DNA of 64,000 bases. It comes from a virus. The DNA lies in the IMG/VR virus record IMGVR_UViG_3300024324_000009, positions 32,001-96,000 of that record; one strand, 5' to 3'. This document shows, piece by piece, positions 46,818-55,523 of this stretch (the stretch's first letter is position 1; each line of letters begins with the position of its first letter). Made by a program: the position numbers and the translations under genes. Below the pieces are notes generated by a model, which saw only the letters and a list, made by a program, of their open reading frames with translations, was not told the DNA's origin and did not search any database.

Positions 46818-47599
46818 ATGTTCTTCCTTATGTATGGTAAAACTTCGTGTCTTGTAAAATAATCGTATGTTCTGTTTTCCAACTTGGCTACTGGTGCAAG
46901 TATCTTATTATCCTCTAGGGCTTGTTTAATGTTTCCTGATGAGACATCAATACAGTCGATCCCACAAGCCTGTGCTTCTAATGTAAGGTTACATGAGAGG
47001 TCTATAAACTTTTCGTAAGTGTTTAAAACATTACTGAGTTGAACAGGGTCGAGCATTCCTAGATTTTGATCGGAGACCCAATTATGATCATTGAATATAT
47101 TGATTTTCAGTTTAGTCTTAGGATAGAGCAGTTCATTAATCTGAATCCTATCTTCATCTTGTCCGCTACTCATAACAGCAATTCTGTTATTTCTGCTTTG
47201 TTCACGATTGTTGAATGTGCTTGAGTCATATTTATTGTCGTAGCTTAGGAATTGTGCAGGAATGCCTTGTGCCAGATTCGTATTAGCTATTACTTTAACT
47301 TGTGACTGACACAAAAAGGTCCACAGGTCTGTGTTTTTTTCTCCTAAAGTCTTGTCTAGAAGCAGGAATATATTGATATCTTGTTGGTATTCGTTGATCC
47401 AATCATGTACTTCTTGAGAATAATCACAAATAGATAGAAAAACATTTTTCGGCTTGGTTCTCTCGGCAAAATCAAAAAGCCTACCAAAGACATTCACTGT
47501 TTGTATCTCTAGGTCTTTGTCTTCTACGTTATATAAAGACTGAGAGATGCAACGATGAGGAATGCTCTGTGCTGTATAAAATATATGTAATGTTTTCAT
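46814..47599 (-). CDS. Divergent GT-B-like protein
   Basis: The C-terminal QNLGML...LSNVLNTYEKFID...LEAQACG motif resembles the GT-B nucleotide-binding helix. Confidence 0.5.
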   Translation of the reverse strand: MKTLHIFYTAQSIPHRCISQSLYNVEDKDLEIQTVNVFGRLFDFAERTKPKNVFLSICDYSQEVHDWINEYQQDINIFLLLDKTLGEKNTDLWTFLCQSQVKVIANTNLAQGIPAQFLSYDNKYDSSTFNNREQSRNNRIAVMSSGQDEDRIQINELLYPKTKLKINIFNDHNWVSDQNLGMLDPVQLSNVLNTYEKFIDLSCNLTLEAQACGIDCIDVSSGNIKQALEDNKILAPVAKLENRTYDYFTRHEVLPYIRKNI

Positions 47600-48276
47600 G
47601 TTTTATTCTTTTCCTTCTTGATAATTACACTGTCGTTATTTTTATTAAGTTTTAAAAATGTCAAAGATATTATATTTTCTTGTATAGCAAGATTTAATAT
47701 CTCAAACATAAACATATTATCATAATACCTATCATCAATATTATTTTTTAAACTTTCCCAATCTTTTTTGCAAAAGTAGATAGCTTCATTCCATACGTAA
47801 TCGCCTATATCGTAAAACATAGATGATATTTCGTTGCTGTTATCTTTCAAAGTAAAACCAATAGGCTCTTGATGTTTTATCTTTTTATTTCTTTTCTTTG
47901 CTAAAACCCATGACTTGTCAAGGTCTTGTGGTTCAAATTTTTTAGGAAGTACGTCTCCATTTAATATAAACAAACCCGGACTATCATCAAGTTTTATTTT
48001 TTGTAATAACATTTTAATTGCATATCCATGATTTTTCTCTAAAAACTTTGAATTATAAATATCTATTACATCCTGACTGTGAACCTTACGCAAAAGTTTT
48101 TCTGCTCCAAAACCAGTACATATATATACTTTGTCTCCAAGGATTTTGGATAATACTTTAATTTGTTTGTTAATTAATTCTGTAGCATTAGGACTTGTTT
48201 TTATTAGTCCAATAGGACCAAAGGATTTCATACCTTTCTTAATCTCATATGCTAGCACACATGATTTTATATTCAT
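47596..48276 (-). CDS. Divergent nucleotidyltransferase (LicC/sugar-phosphate cytidylyltransferase-like)
   Basis: VLAYEIKKGMKSFGPIGLI, LINKQIKVL, ICTGFGAEKL, IYNSKF...N, ILNGDV. Confidence 0.6.
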   Translation of the reverse strand: MNIKSCVLAYEIKKGMKSFGPIGLIKTSPNATELINKQIKVLSKILGDKVYICTGFGAEKLLRKVHSQDVIDIYNSKFLEKNHGYAIKMLLQKIKLDDSPGLFILNGDVLPKKFEPQDLDKSWVLAKKRNKKIKHQEPIGFTLKDNSNEISSMFYDIGDYVWNEAIYFCKKDWESLKNNIDDRYYDNMFMFEILNLAIQENIISLTFLKLNKNNDSVIIKKEKNKT

Positions 48277-48680
48277 AGCTTGGTAATAGTGGCTACCGTA
48301 TATATTCCTTCATAGTGCATACTGTCAACTTCGTAACCCGTTTCCTGTACGCTACGTTTAAAGTCGTTTTCTGACCATACAGACTGTATGGATGGTAACA
48401 CAGCAGAGTATTTATCACTTGTTAAGTCTCCACTTCTGATTTGCTTAGGAATTAAATCTAAATTTACAAACCTAATTTGTATTTCGCCTCCTACTTTAGT
48501 CTTTTTGCAGCATTCTGCAAAAACTTTGTTTCTGTCTGATAGAACCATGTTGTCCAGACAATATAGGGACATTTTTTCTACATAGCCATTACTGACTATC
48601 CCTATCTGAGCAACGGGAACATTGTTGACACCTTCGATATTCTGTTCTTCAACCATTACTATATTCATCTCTTTAATCAT
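48273..48680 (-). CDS. Truncated/divergent methyltransferase-like protein
   Basis: CLDNM...VFAECCKKTKVGGEIQI resembles the C-terminal half of class I MTases; no motif I. Confidence 0.45.
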   Translation of the reverse strand: MIKEMNIVMVEEQNIEGVNNVPVAQIGIVSNGYVEKMSLYCLDNMVLSDRNKVFAECCKKTKVGGEIQIRFVNLDLIPKQIRSGDLTSDKYSAVLPSIQSVWSENDFKRSVQETGYEVDSMHYEGIYTVATITKL

Positions 48681-49585
48681 GCTATATACGCCTCCTGAAT
48701 TTTGGTGTTAAATAATTCTGTTACTGCCTCTTGGAATTTACCCATATTGTAGTTCTCATCTAAGAACTTTCTACCTTCTTCTATATCTGGTCTGTCTTGT
48801 GTTAGTAGTTCTTCTATCTTTGGTAATATATTGGCACCATTATTTTCTATCATAATCTGTGGAGTGGTCATCTTACAGCTTCCTGTTCCGATAACCTTGG
48901 CTCCTAGTGCTACAGCACATAGACATTCATAGTTTCCATTAATAGTAGTATCTAGATAAACTTTGCAGTTCTTAACTTTTTCAGAGAACTCTTCAAAACT
49001 AGTAAACTGTTGTACTACCTCTACCGTAAGTCCTTTTTGCTGGGCTGCACCGGCTATCTGTTTACCAAGCAAGCTAGTGTCATGCACAAGTAGGTCGGTA
49101 GTCTGCTTGATGTCGTCTGTGGTCAACAGATCAAGAGGCACACCATAATTGATTACGGTAGAATTAGGCATATCTCCCCAAGATTCAGCGATATGCTTAT
49201 TCATAAAGAGTTTAGTTCTGTTAGCATTCTTCTGAGAACTAATGATATAGTCCTCTCTCTTCATATTAGGTGGCCTCATCTGATTAAAAACAACAACATT
49301 GTTCACATGTCTGTACAAAGAATCTTGTGGAGTATTGTCGTTCAGATCGTTGGTGACAGATAGGGCGTAAGTATTGTCATTAAAAAAGGGTTCTAACAAA
49401 GTCAAAGCCGTTCTGCTAGAAGGATTTTTAAATACATGGTTTTGCATAGGTTGCATATAATATCTGAAGTTAGTCTCAAAGATAGCACAATCATTAAGTC
49501 CTCCACTTGCTTTAAATATAATGTTGTGTGTTTTTTTGTGGTTTAATGACGATATAATATTTGTTACTGCTCTTGCTAGTTGCAT
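48677..49585 (-). CDS. Divergent GT-B glycosyltransferase-like protein
   Basis: VINYGVPLD, CKVYLDTT...YECLCAVALGAKVI, FLDENYNMGKF. Confidence 0.55.
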   Translation of the reverse strand: MQLARAVTNIISSLNHKKTHNIIFKASGGLNDCAIFETNFRYYMQPMQNHVFKNPSSRTALTLLEPFFNDNTYALSVTNDLNDNTPQDSLYRHVNNVVVFNQMRPPNMKREDYIISSQKNANRTKLFMNKHIAESWGDMPNSTVINYGVPLDLLTTDDIKQTTDLLVHDTSLLGKQIAGAAQQKGLTVEVVQQFTSFEEFSEKVKNCKVYLDTTINGNYECLCAVALGAKVIGTGSCKMTTPQIMIENNGANILPKIEELLTQDRPDIEEGRKFLDENYNMGKFQEAVTELFNTKIQEAYIA

Positions 49586-50694
49586 ATTTTCTTTCCTATT
49601 GTTTGATAGCTAAATTGGTCCATAGATTCTCTACCTATTTGTCTTTTCTCTTCAAGTGTCTTTCTTTCTTTTTTACTCATTTCATATACTGTACGCATAT
49701 GATCAATCATAACATAAATATTAGGACGATACCAATAAGAATTAGCATTATAAATATCAAAGCTATTAGCTAATGTTCTTTGAGCAGATATCACTGGAGT
49801 TTTCTGACTAGAAATAACAAAGCCGTTCTTTTTATTTACAAAATCGGTCATACCTGTATGGTCTGTTACTATAGGAGTCTTACCTAAGACAAGTGCTTCT
49901 GCTGCTGGTCTACAAAATGCTTCTCCATGAGAAGCCATAACGAAACAGTCACAAGCATTGTGTAATCCTATTAAATCCTTATCAGACAGTCTTTCTGTGA
50001 TGACAAACTCATCTCTTGTCTGCCCAATGTTCAACATCTGTTTATGTTGGTTGAGTGCCTGTTTTACTATTCGTTGTCCTTCACCACTACTTTTACCGGG
50101 AACAGAAGTTTTTATAATTAAGGACACATTTTCATTGTCTCTAAAAGCTAGATTAAAAGCCGTAACCACATCAATTAGATTTTTTCTCTCAACAAACTCT
50201 CCAACATGGTAAAACTTAAAACTGCGATCAATAGATTTTTGCATATTAAGTTTATGGTCTGCATTTTCTTTAAGAAAATCTAAGTCCAATGCTCCTGAAA
50301 TAACCTTGCACTTGGTTTTGACTCCTGATTCTTTGACACTTTTAGCTTCCTGCTTGCTTGGCACACAGACTAAATCTAGGTTATTCAAGATATTCTGGCA
50401 AACAGAATCTGAAAGATTAGTGATCTCCATATTAAAAATGCCAACATTCTTTTTTACAGAATTGGTGATGGACATGCTCTGAGGAAGTAGTTCTTGATAA
50501 ATTACATCATATTTCGGATATGTGTTTTTCTCGTACTTAGCAATATCTTCGCTAATCTCAACGGACTGCCCAGTATAGAAATAGGGTCTAGTTGTTATAT
50601 TTTCCGTCTGAGTTGCTATAGACCTAATGTAGTCCCTAGCAGACATTCCCCATCCGTCATCTTGTCTGTATGGCCCTATAAATAGTGAGTTCAT
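49576..50694 (-). CDS. GT4-family glycosyltransferase
   Basis: YHVGEFVERKN and HNACDCFVMASHGEAFCRPAAEALVLGKTPIVT. Confidence 0.9.
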   Translation of the reverse strand: MNSLFIGPYRQDDGWGMSARDYIRSIATQTENITTRPYFYTGQSVEISEDIAKYEKNTYPKYDVIYQELLPQSMSITNSVKKNVGIFNMEITNLSDSVCQNILNNLDLVCVPSKQEAKSVKESGVKTKCKVISGALDLDFLKENADHKLNMQKSIDRSFKFYHVGEFVERKNLIDVVTAFNLAFRDNENVSLIIKTSVPGKSSGEGQRIVKQALNQHKQMLNIGQTRDEFVITERLSDKDLIGLHNACDCFVMASHGEAFCRPAAEALVLGKTPIVTDHTGMTDFVNKKNGFVISSQKTPVISAQRTLANSFDIYNANSYWYRPNIYVMIDHMRTVYEMSKKERKTLEEKRQIGRESMDQFSYQTIGKKICN

Positions 50695-52370
50695 TAAGAT
50701 TGACCTTTCATGTTTGCATAATTTATGAAATCTTCTGGCGTTAGTTTATCTTCATTTCTCTGTGCATGGACTGCAAAGTTATGATTTTTAATATGCATAT
50801 TAAGTTGTTGTACAATATCTTTTTTAGTAATGCCCTTATTTTGCATTCCCATAATCCTAAAACCATAGTCTAGATCATGAATAGCATCAGTAATCACATT
50901 AGAACTTAAAAATTGTTCATTGTTGCCCATATGCATACCCGCTAATTGTGTAACATAGTCGTATGCAGAAGTATCTGCCGGTAGTTCATCTTCTTGAATC
51001 TCTTGTACAGGCTGTAGCTGGACATCCCATCGTCCTTGCAGTCCTGTAAGTTGCACATTGTCAAGACATTTTTCCCACTTTTTGGCAATGTTATCCCAGT
51101 TGTAATGTTTTTCTGTGTTTTGTCTGGTCTCAAACTTCTTAGAATCTTTTAACATATCTGGCATGTTGATATATTCTGTAAGTATCTCTACCAAATGATC
51201 ATTATCAGGATAGACTCTGATTGCTTTAGTCTCTAATTCTCTAAAGTATTGGTTGATTCTAATTGGGAAACCATTTAGCTTCTTAACAACATCTTGCATG
51301 GCACTGTAGTCTACACTGGCTACAGGAACTCCCGCACTTGCAGCTTCTACTTGTGGCATACCAAACCCTTCGCAGATTGCATACTGAACATAAATATCAA
51401 ATAAGTTGATAATAACATTTAGGTCTTGCTGAGAAATACCATTTGCTACATTTGGCATACTTAATGACTTGTTACCACACTTTGGACAAAAAGCCATAGG
51501 ATGCTTAAATCTTGCAGCATGATAAAATCCGCAAACTTTACAGTTGTATGTAAACATAACACGATTGCCTACTTCGTATTCTTTCAGGTACAAAGGAATA
51601 TCCCATCCTGCATCTGGATAACTCGTATGGATATGCAAATATGTTTTTGCTGCTTGTGGGTGATTATCTGCATGTAATTTCTTGACAAACTTATTGAATG
51701 CAGAAAACAACTCTGGTATTAATTTACGTTTCTGATTACGGCAAATTGTGCCTACAATAAAAGCATCCTCTTCTATACCCATTGCTTTTCGAATGTTCTT
51801 GCGTTGCTCTGCTTCTAGGGGCTTAAATACATCTAAGGAAACACCCGGACTAGTAGTATCAATATAATTAATGTGATTATTAGACTGATCAGCTAGTGTG
51901 TCTCTACCAAAATCACTGTAGGTAGTTATTGCGTCAGCGTGTAAGAAAGTGTCGATCCAGCCTTCTTGTTGTGGTGCAGAGTCCACAGTGGGCATAAGAA
52001 TCCAGTGAAAGTAAGGCCTAAAGGGTGTGTGTTGTTGATAAGAGTTCATCCAGTAATCACGGACATCGATCACGATATCTGGCTTGAAATCAATAAGTAC
52101 ACGTTCAAATCTCCAACGACCAAACTGATTTTCTGGAGACTTCATATATGTTTCGTGTCTAGGGTCTCCTTGAGGAACAGCATTTGCGTAATACCTCCAT
52201 TTGATTGTCGAGTCTTTAGGGTCATTTACTTTACCGTAGCAAGCAAATTCTGCAATTTCATACTTGCCTGTAGCATGTAGCCTTGAGAGAATTTCTTTAG
52301 CATATGTGCCAAAACCGGAACTTAAAAAACTAGCCTCAGATACCATCAACACTTTTAATTTTTTTGTCAT
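50694..52370 (-). CDS. GT4-family glycosyltransferase with zinc-ribbon insertion
   Basis: Start MTKKLKVLMVSE at 52370 with AGGA RBS. RNQKRK and FDIYVQYAICEGFGMPQVEAASAGVP motifs; CKVC...CPKC insert. Confidence 0.9.
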   Translation of the reverse strand: MTKKLKVLMVSEASFLSSGFGTYAKEILSRLHATGKYEIAEFACYGKVNDPKDSTIKWRYYANAVPQGDPRHETYMKSPENQFGRWRFERVLIDFKPDIVIDVRDYWMNSYQQHTPFRPYFHWILMPTVDSAPQQEGWIDTFLHADAITTYSDFGRDTLADQSNNHINYIDTTSPGVSLDVFKPLEAEQRKNIRKAMGIEEDAFIVGTICRNQKRKLIPELFSAFNKFVKKLHADNHPQAAKTYLHIHTSYPDAGWDIPLYLKEYEVGNRVMFTYNCKVCGFYHAARFKHPMAFCPKCGNKSLSMPNVANGISQQDLNVIINLFDIYVQYAICEGFGMPQVEAASAGVPVASVDYSAMQDVVKKLNGFPIRINQYFRELETKAIRVYPDNDHLVEILTEYINMPDMLKDSKKFETRQNTEKHYNWDNIAKKWEKCLDNVQLTGLQGRWDVQLQPVQEIQEDELPADTSAYDYVTQLAGMHMGNNEQFLSSNVITDAIHDLDYGFRIMGMQNKGITKKDIVQQLNMHIKNHNFAVHAQRNEDKLTPEDFINYANMKGQS

Positions 52371-52385
52371 GTTTTGTCCTTGTGT

Positions 52386-52425
52386 AAAAATGAGAGAGAG
52401 GCACGGCATTGTCGGCCTCTCCCTC
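52386..52425 (-). terminator. Probable intrinsic terminator after ssb
   Basis: Minus strand GAGGGAGAGGC-loop-GCCTCTCTCTC followed by ATTTTT. Confidence 0.65.
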
Positions 52426-52456
52426 TTCCGATACTTCTCGCTATTACTACCCCTAG

Positions 52457-52840
52457 TTAAAACGCAGTTACAGAGGCAGTGTCTTCTGCCTGCTCTGTCG
52501 TTTTGATGCGAGACAGTTTAGTAATCTTGGAGAAATTATTGACTCTTACTTTAAGAGTATTGTGCTTTACTCCATCCTTTTCCCAAGAGTCATTACGCAA
52601 CGACCCTTCAACCATTACAAGATCACCCTTTGAGAATGAAGCACCGATGATTTCTGCTCCAGAATCCCATGCTTCACAGGGTACGAATGTAGTAATCTTA
52701 TCCTTTTCTCCATTGGCCTTAGTATATTCGCGTGAAACTGCGATAGTAAAGTTTACAACAGAGGTACTCTTACCATTACTGTTTACTTTGCGAACATCAG
52801 GGTCTCGGGCCAGATTACCACGTAAAATGTTAATATTCAT
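52457..52840 (-). CDS. ssb: Single-stranded DNA-binding protein
   Basis: GNLARDPDVR, VVNFTIAVSR, FVPCEAW, KGDLVMVEGSLRNDSWEKDG; ends in F. Confidence 0.95.
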   Translation of the reverse strand: MNINILRGNLARDPDVRKVNSNGKSTSVVNFTIAVSREYTKANGEKDKITTFVPCEAWDSGAEIIGASFSKGDLVMVEGSLRNDSWEKDGVKHNTLKVRVNNFSKITKLSRIKTTEQAEDTASVTAF

Positions 52841-52883
52841 ATCAATCCTTCTTCCTTGTTAAAATCCAAAACCAATCTATACT

Positions 52884-52911
52884 ATAATAGGTGAGACACA
52901 ACAAGTGTCAA
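52884..52911 (-). promoter_or_regulatory. Sigma70-like promoter for ssb
   Basis: Minus strand TTGACA-N16-TATTAT, immediately after the dnaE-C stop codon. Confidence 0.65.
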
Positions 52912-52912
52912 G

Positions 52913-54529
52913 TTAATTTTTTGGTAAATAAGCCTTTTCTACAATAAGGCTATCACCATCCCTATTTTTCGACCCTTGTATAACAATAACATTGTTTTCA
53001 AACAAAATACTACTATAGGTAGAAAATTGTTCAGGAAAGAACACGATACTGTCTATCGAGCCACTACTATCGCTTCCTTCCACAAAAGCCATCTTTGCTC
53101 CGGGGTTTTTCCCCTTTTTAGTCTTAATAACACCGACATTATCTATCTGTAAAGCGACGACAATCTCGTTGAGTAGACTATTATTAAAGTCCTTACATAT
53201 TGTGTTTGTCATAGATACGTCATACATATCTACTTTAGAACACGTTATCGAACAACCTAAATATTCTTCTTCATTATCGGCTATCCACTCTGGGCTATCT
53301 TCTAGCACATAAGGTGGATTGTCTATAGTATTAATGAAACCTAAGAGTTTTTCTTTTCTCTTACTGCTCATTCTTGGCTTTTCTATGACGCAGTATATGA
53401 TATCTTTTAATGAATCATAATTAAGACACGTACTTAACGCATGTTCTTGTTCTTTGGCTGTAAGATCATTTATAAGACCATATTCAAACATCATCTTGGT
53501 TCTAGTAAGCCCAAAATAATCTAATGCACCTGACTGTATCAAAGCCTTGACCGCTGTTGAACTTAGCCTTGTCATAACTCTAAGTACTGTTTGATGCCAA
53601 TTTAAGTCATTGAGATTAATATTATCTTCTTCTAGTATGGTTCTAAGTTTCTTGTACATAGAACCGCCAAAACCCTTTAGGTCTGTCAGTCCGAAATAAA
53701 TTTTCTTATCATGTAGTACAAAATATTCATTCAGCACACGCAAATCAGGCAGATGTACTGTGATCTCCATTTCGCTGGCGTTTTGTACCAGTTGCTTGAT
53801 CTCTACTTTGGGATCAATCTTGTCTTTAGCAAAACGTAAATATGAAGCAAAGAATACTCTTGGGAAGTGAGCCTTCGCGTATGCGGACAGATATGCGTTC
53901 ATAGCATAGGACACAGCATGACTTTTATTAAAACTGTATCTCTGGCTTTTTTCAATCCATCCGAATATCTCTTCTGCCTGTTCTTTTGTGACTAATTTAA
54001 GTTTTGCAGAACCGGAGATGAACTTCTTTTTTAGTTTCGCCATTTCTTCTGGTTGCTTTTTACCAATGGCTTTTCTCAGGTTGTCTGCTTGTTGCAAGTC
54101 AAACCCTGCTACCTCTTTTGCAATTTGCATAGCTTGTTCTTGGTAAATCATTTCACCATATGTACTCTTTAGTGCATTTTCCAACATGGGATGATAATAG
54201 TCTACAGACTCTTGCCCGTTCTTTCTGTCGATATAATGATTAGTAACATTCTTGCCATCTCTGTATGCCTGTAGACATCCCGGTCGTAGAATACTAATTA
54301 ATGCACTTAATTGTTCAATGTTTTCTGGTTTAAGTTTCTTAGCCACAGATTTTCCAAGCCTAGTCTCCAACTGAAAACATCCTTTAGTATTACCATCAGA
54401 TATTAAATCCCAAGTCTTTTGGCAATTCAAATCCAATTCATGGTTTACAGGATCGAAATCAATAGAAGTCTTACCCTCACTCTCTGTAGCATGAAAACTA
54501 CAACCACAACTAAATTTTAATACTGTCAT
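52913..54529 (-). CDS. dnaE: DNA polymerase III alpha, C-terminal part (fingers, HhH, OB)
   Basis: GCFQLET, ISILRPG, TYGEMIYQEQAMQIA, ADNLRKAIGKK, YSFNKSHAVSYA, ALIQSGALD and an OB fold MAFVEGSD. Confidence 0.93.
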   Translation of the reverse strand: MTVLKFSCGCSFHATESEGKTSIDFDPVNHELDLNCQKTWDLISDGNTKGCFQLETRLGKSVAKKLKPENIEQLSALISILRPGCLQAYRDGKNVTNHYIDRKNGQESVDYYHPMLENALKSTYGEMIYQEQAMQIAKEVAGFDLQQADNLRKAIGKKQPEEMAKLKKKFISGSAKLKLVTKEQAEEIFGWIEKSQRYSFNKSHAVSYAMNAYLSAYAKAHFPRVFFASYLRFAKDKIDPKVEIKQLVQNASEMEITVHLPDLRVLNEYFVLHDKKIYFGLTDLKGFGGSMYKKLRTILEEDNINLNDLNWHQTVLRVMTRLSSTAVKALIQSGALDYFGLTRTKMMFEYGLINDLTAKEQEHALSTCLNYDSLKDIIYCVIEKPRMSSKRKEKLLGFINTIDNPPYVLEDSPEWIADNEEEYLGCSITCSKVDMYDVSMTNTICKDFNNSLLNEIVVALQIDNVGVIKTKKGKNPGAKMAFVEGSDSSGSIDSIVFFPEQFSTYSSILFENNVIVIQGSKNRDGDSLIVEKAYLPKN

Positions 54530-55215
54530 GCAAAAGCGTCCTTAAATGTTATTTTTTGTGCCAAACTTCTATGCAGTCTCATAAATCTTGTAAGCACTGC
54601 TGCTGTGTCCTTAACGTCCTTAATTGCGTCATGAGCACCATCTTTACTAATACCCATATAATCTCTCAGGTTGTCTAGAGTATAACTTTTTAGTTCTGGG
54701 TTATGCTCAAACCAGTAAAAGACTAGATTAAGCATGTCCACCACATCTCTTGGATAAAAGACTTTGCTGTTTCCTTCTTTATTAGTATCTCCGAATTTCT
54801 GAGCGAGCCTATTAACGATGGGTAGATCAAATCTATAAATATTATAGCCTGCTGCTATCGGAGCAGTAAACATACTGTGCTTCTTGGCTTTCATATGGTA
54901 TTTGTCCAGATAGTCTGTAAACATACGCCATGACTGTTCTTGGCTAGGATACTTTTGCCATTCAGCCTTGACCGCTTCCTTTGAGCAACCCTTAACCTTG
55001 GCATGAAAATCTAAGATGTCTGTCTTATATTCATACTCAGGGTCTTTTTCCATGCACTCTGGTTTAAAATTAGCATTAAACTCAGAGTTAGGTATAATTT
55101 CAAGACTGACAGGATCAACCATTACGGCAGCAATTTGTACTGGACTACATTTGCTTGGGTTTACCCCATCTGTCTCAAAATCAAACACACAAATCTTATT
55201 ATAATTAATTCCCAT
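54526..55215 (-). CDS. DEDDh 3'-5' exonuclease (DnaQ/epsilon-like)
   Basis: VFDFETDG (ExoI), AGYNIYRFD (ExoII), AHDAIKDV (ExoIII). Confidence 0.92.
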   Translation of the reverse strand: MGINYNKICVFDFETDGVNPSKCSPVQIAAVMVDPVSLEIIPNSEFNANFKPECMEKDPEYEYKTDILDFHAKVKGCSKEAVKAEWQKYPSQEQSWRMFTDYLDKYHMKAKKHSMFTAPIAAGYNIYRFDLPIVNRLAQKFGDTNKEGNSKVFYPRDVVDMLNLVFYWFEHNPELKSYTLDNLRDYMGISKDGAHDAIKDVKDTAAVLTRFMRLHRSLAQKITFKDAFA

Positions 55216-55246
55216 ATCAAATCCTATTCTATGTCCTGATCAAAAT

Positions 55247-55465
55247 CTAAAGTAACTTACGAACTCTTTCTAGTGGCTTAATGCCAATCAATTTACCTTT
55301 ACTGTCTTTGCAATTAGTAAAGCTACAACAGCTTTTACGAACTTCTTTAACTTTGGTCATTTTATTGTCTAATCCACGAACAAAATCACCTTCTGTTAGA
55401 AATACATCGCCTACACTTAGTTTGCGAAACTGGTGTTGCTCTGTTGCTGGTTTTTCATCTGACAT
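55247..55465 (-). CDS. Small hypothetical protein (72 aa)
   Basis: AGGAGA RBS and a near-consensus promoter upstream; FRKLSVGDVF...SCC. Confidence 0.7.
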   Translation of the reverse strand: MSDEKPATEQHQFRKLSVGDVFLTEGDFVRGLDNKMTKVKEVRKSCCSFTNCKDSKGKLIGIKPLERVRKLL

Positions 55466-55494
55466 CTTTATTCTCCTGTACTGTACTATATGTT

Positions 55495-55523
55495 ATTATA
55501 CCCGATAATGAATACACCGTCAA
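55495..55523 (-). promoter_or_regulatory. Sigma70-like promoter internal to the split dnaE locus
   Basis: Minus strand TTGACG-N17-TATAAT; the -35 contains the TGA stop of dnaE-N. Confidence 0.75.

Noticed and set aside
6524-52409. ORF-track starts at 6524, 20734 and 52409
   Set aside because: Downstream ATGs at 6620, 20824 and 52370 have RBSs and avoid long overlaps or the terminator hairpin.
54530-55519. Group I/II intron interrupting dnaE
   Set aside because: The gap is filled by two ORFs and a promoter, leaving no room for a ribozyme core, and dnaE-C has its own coupled start.
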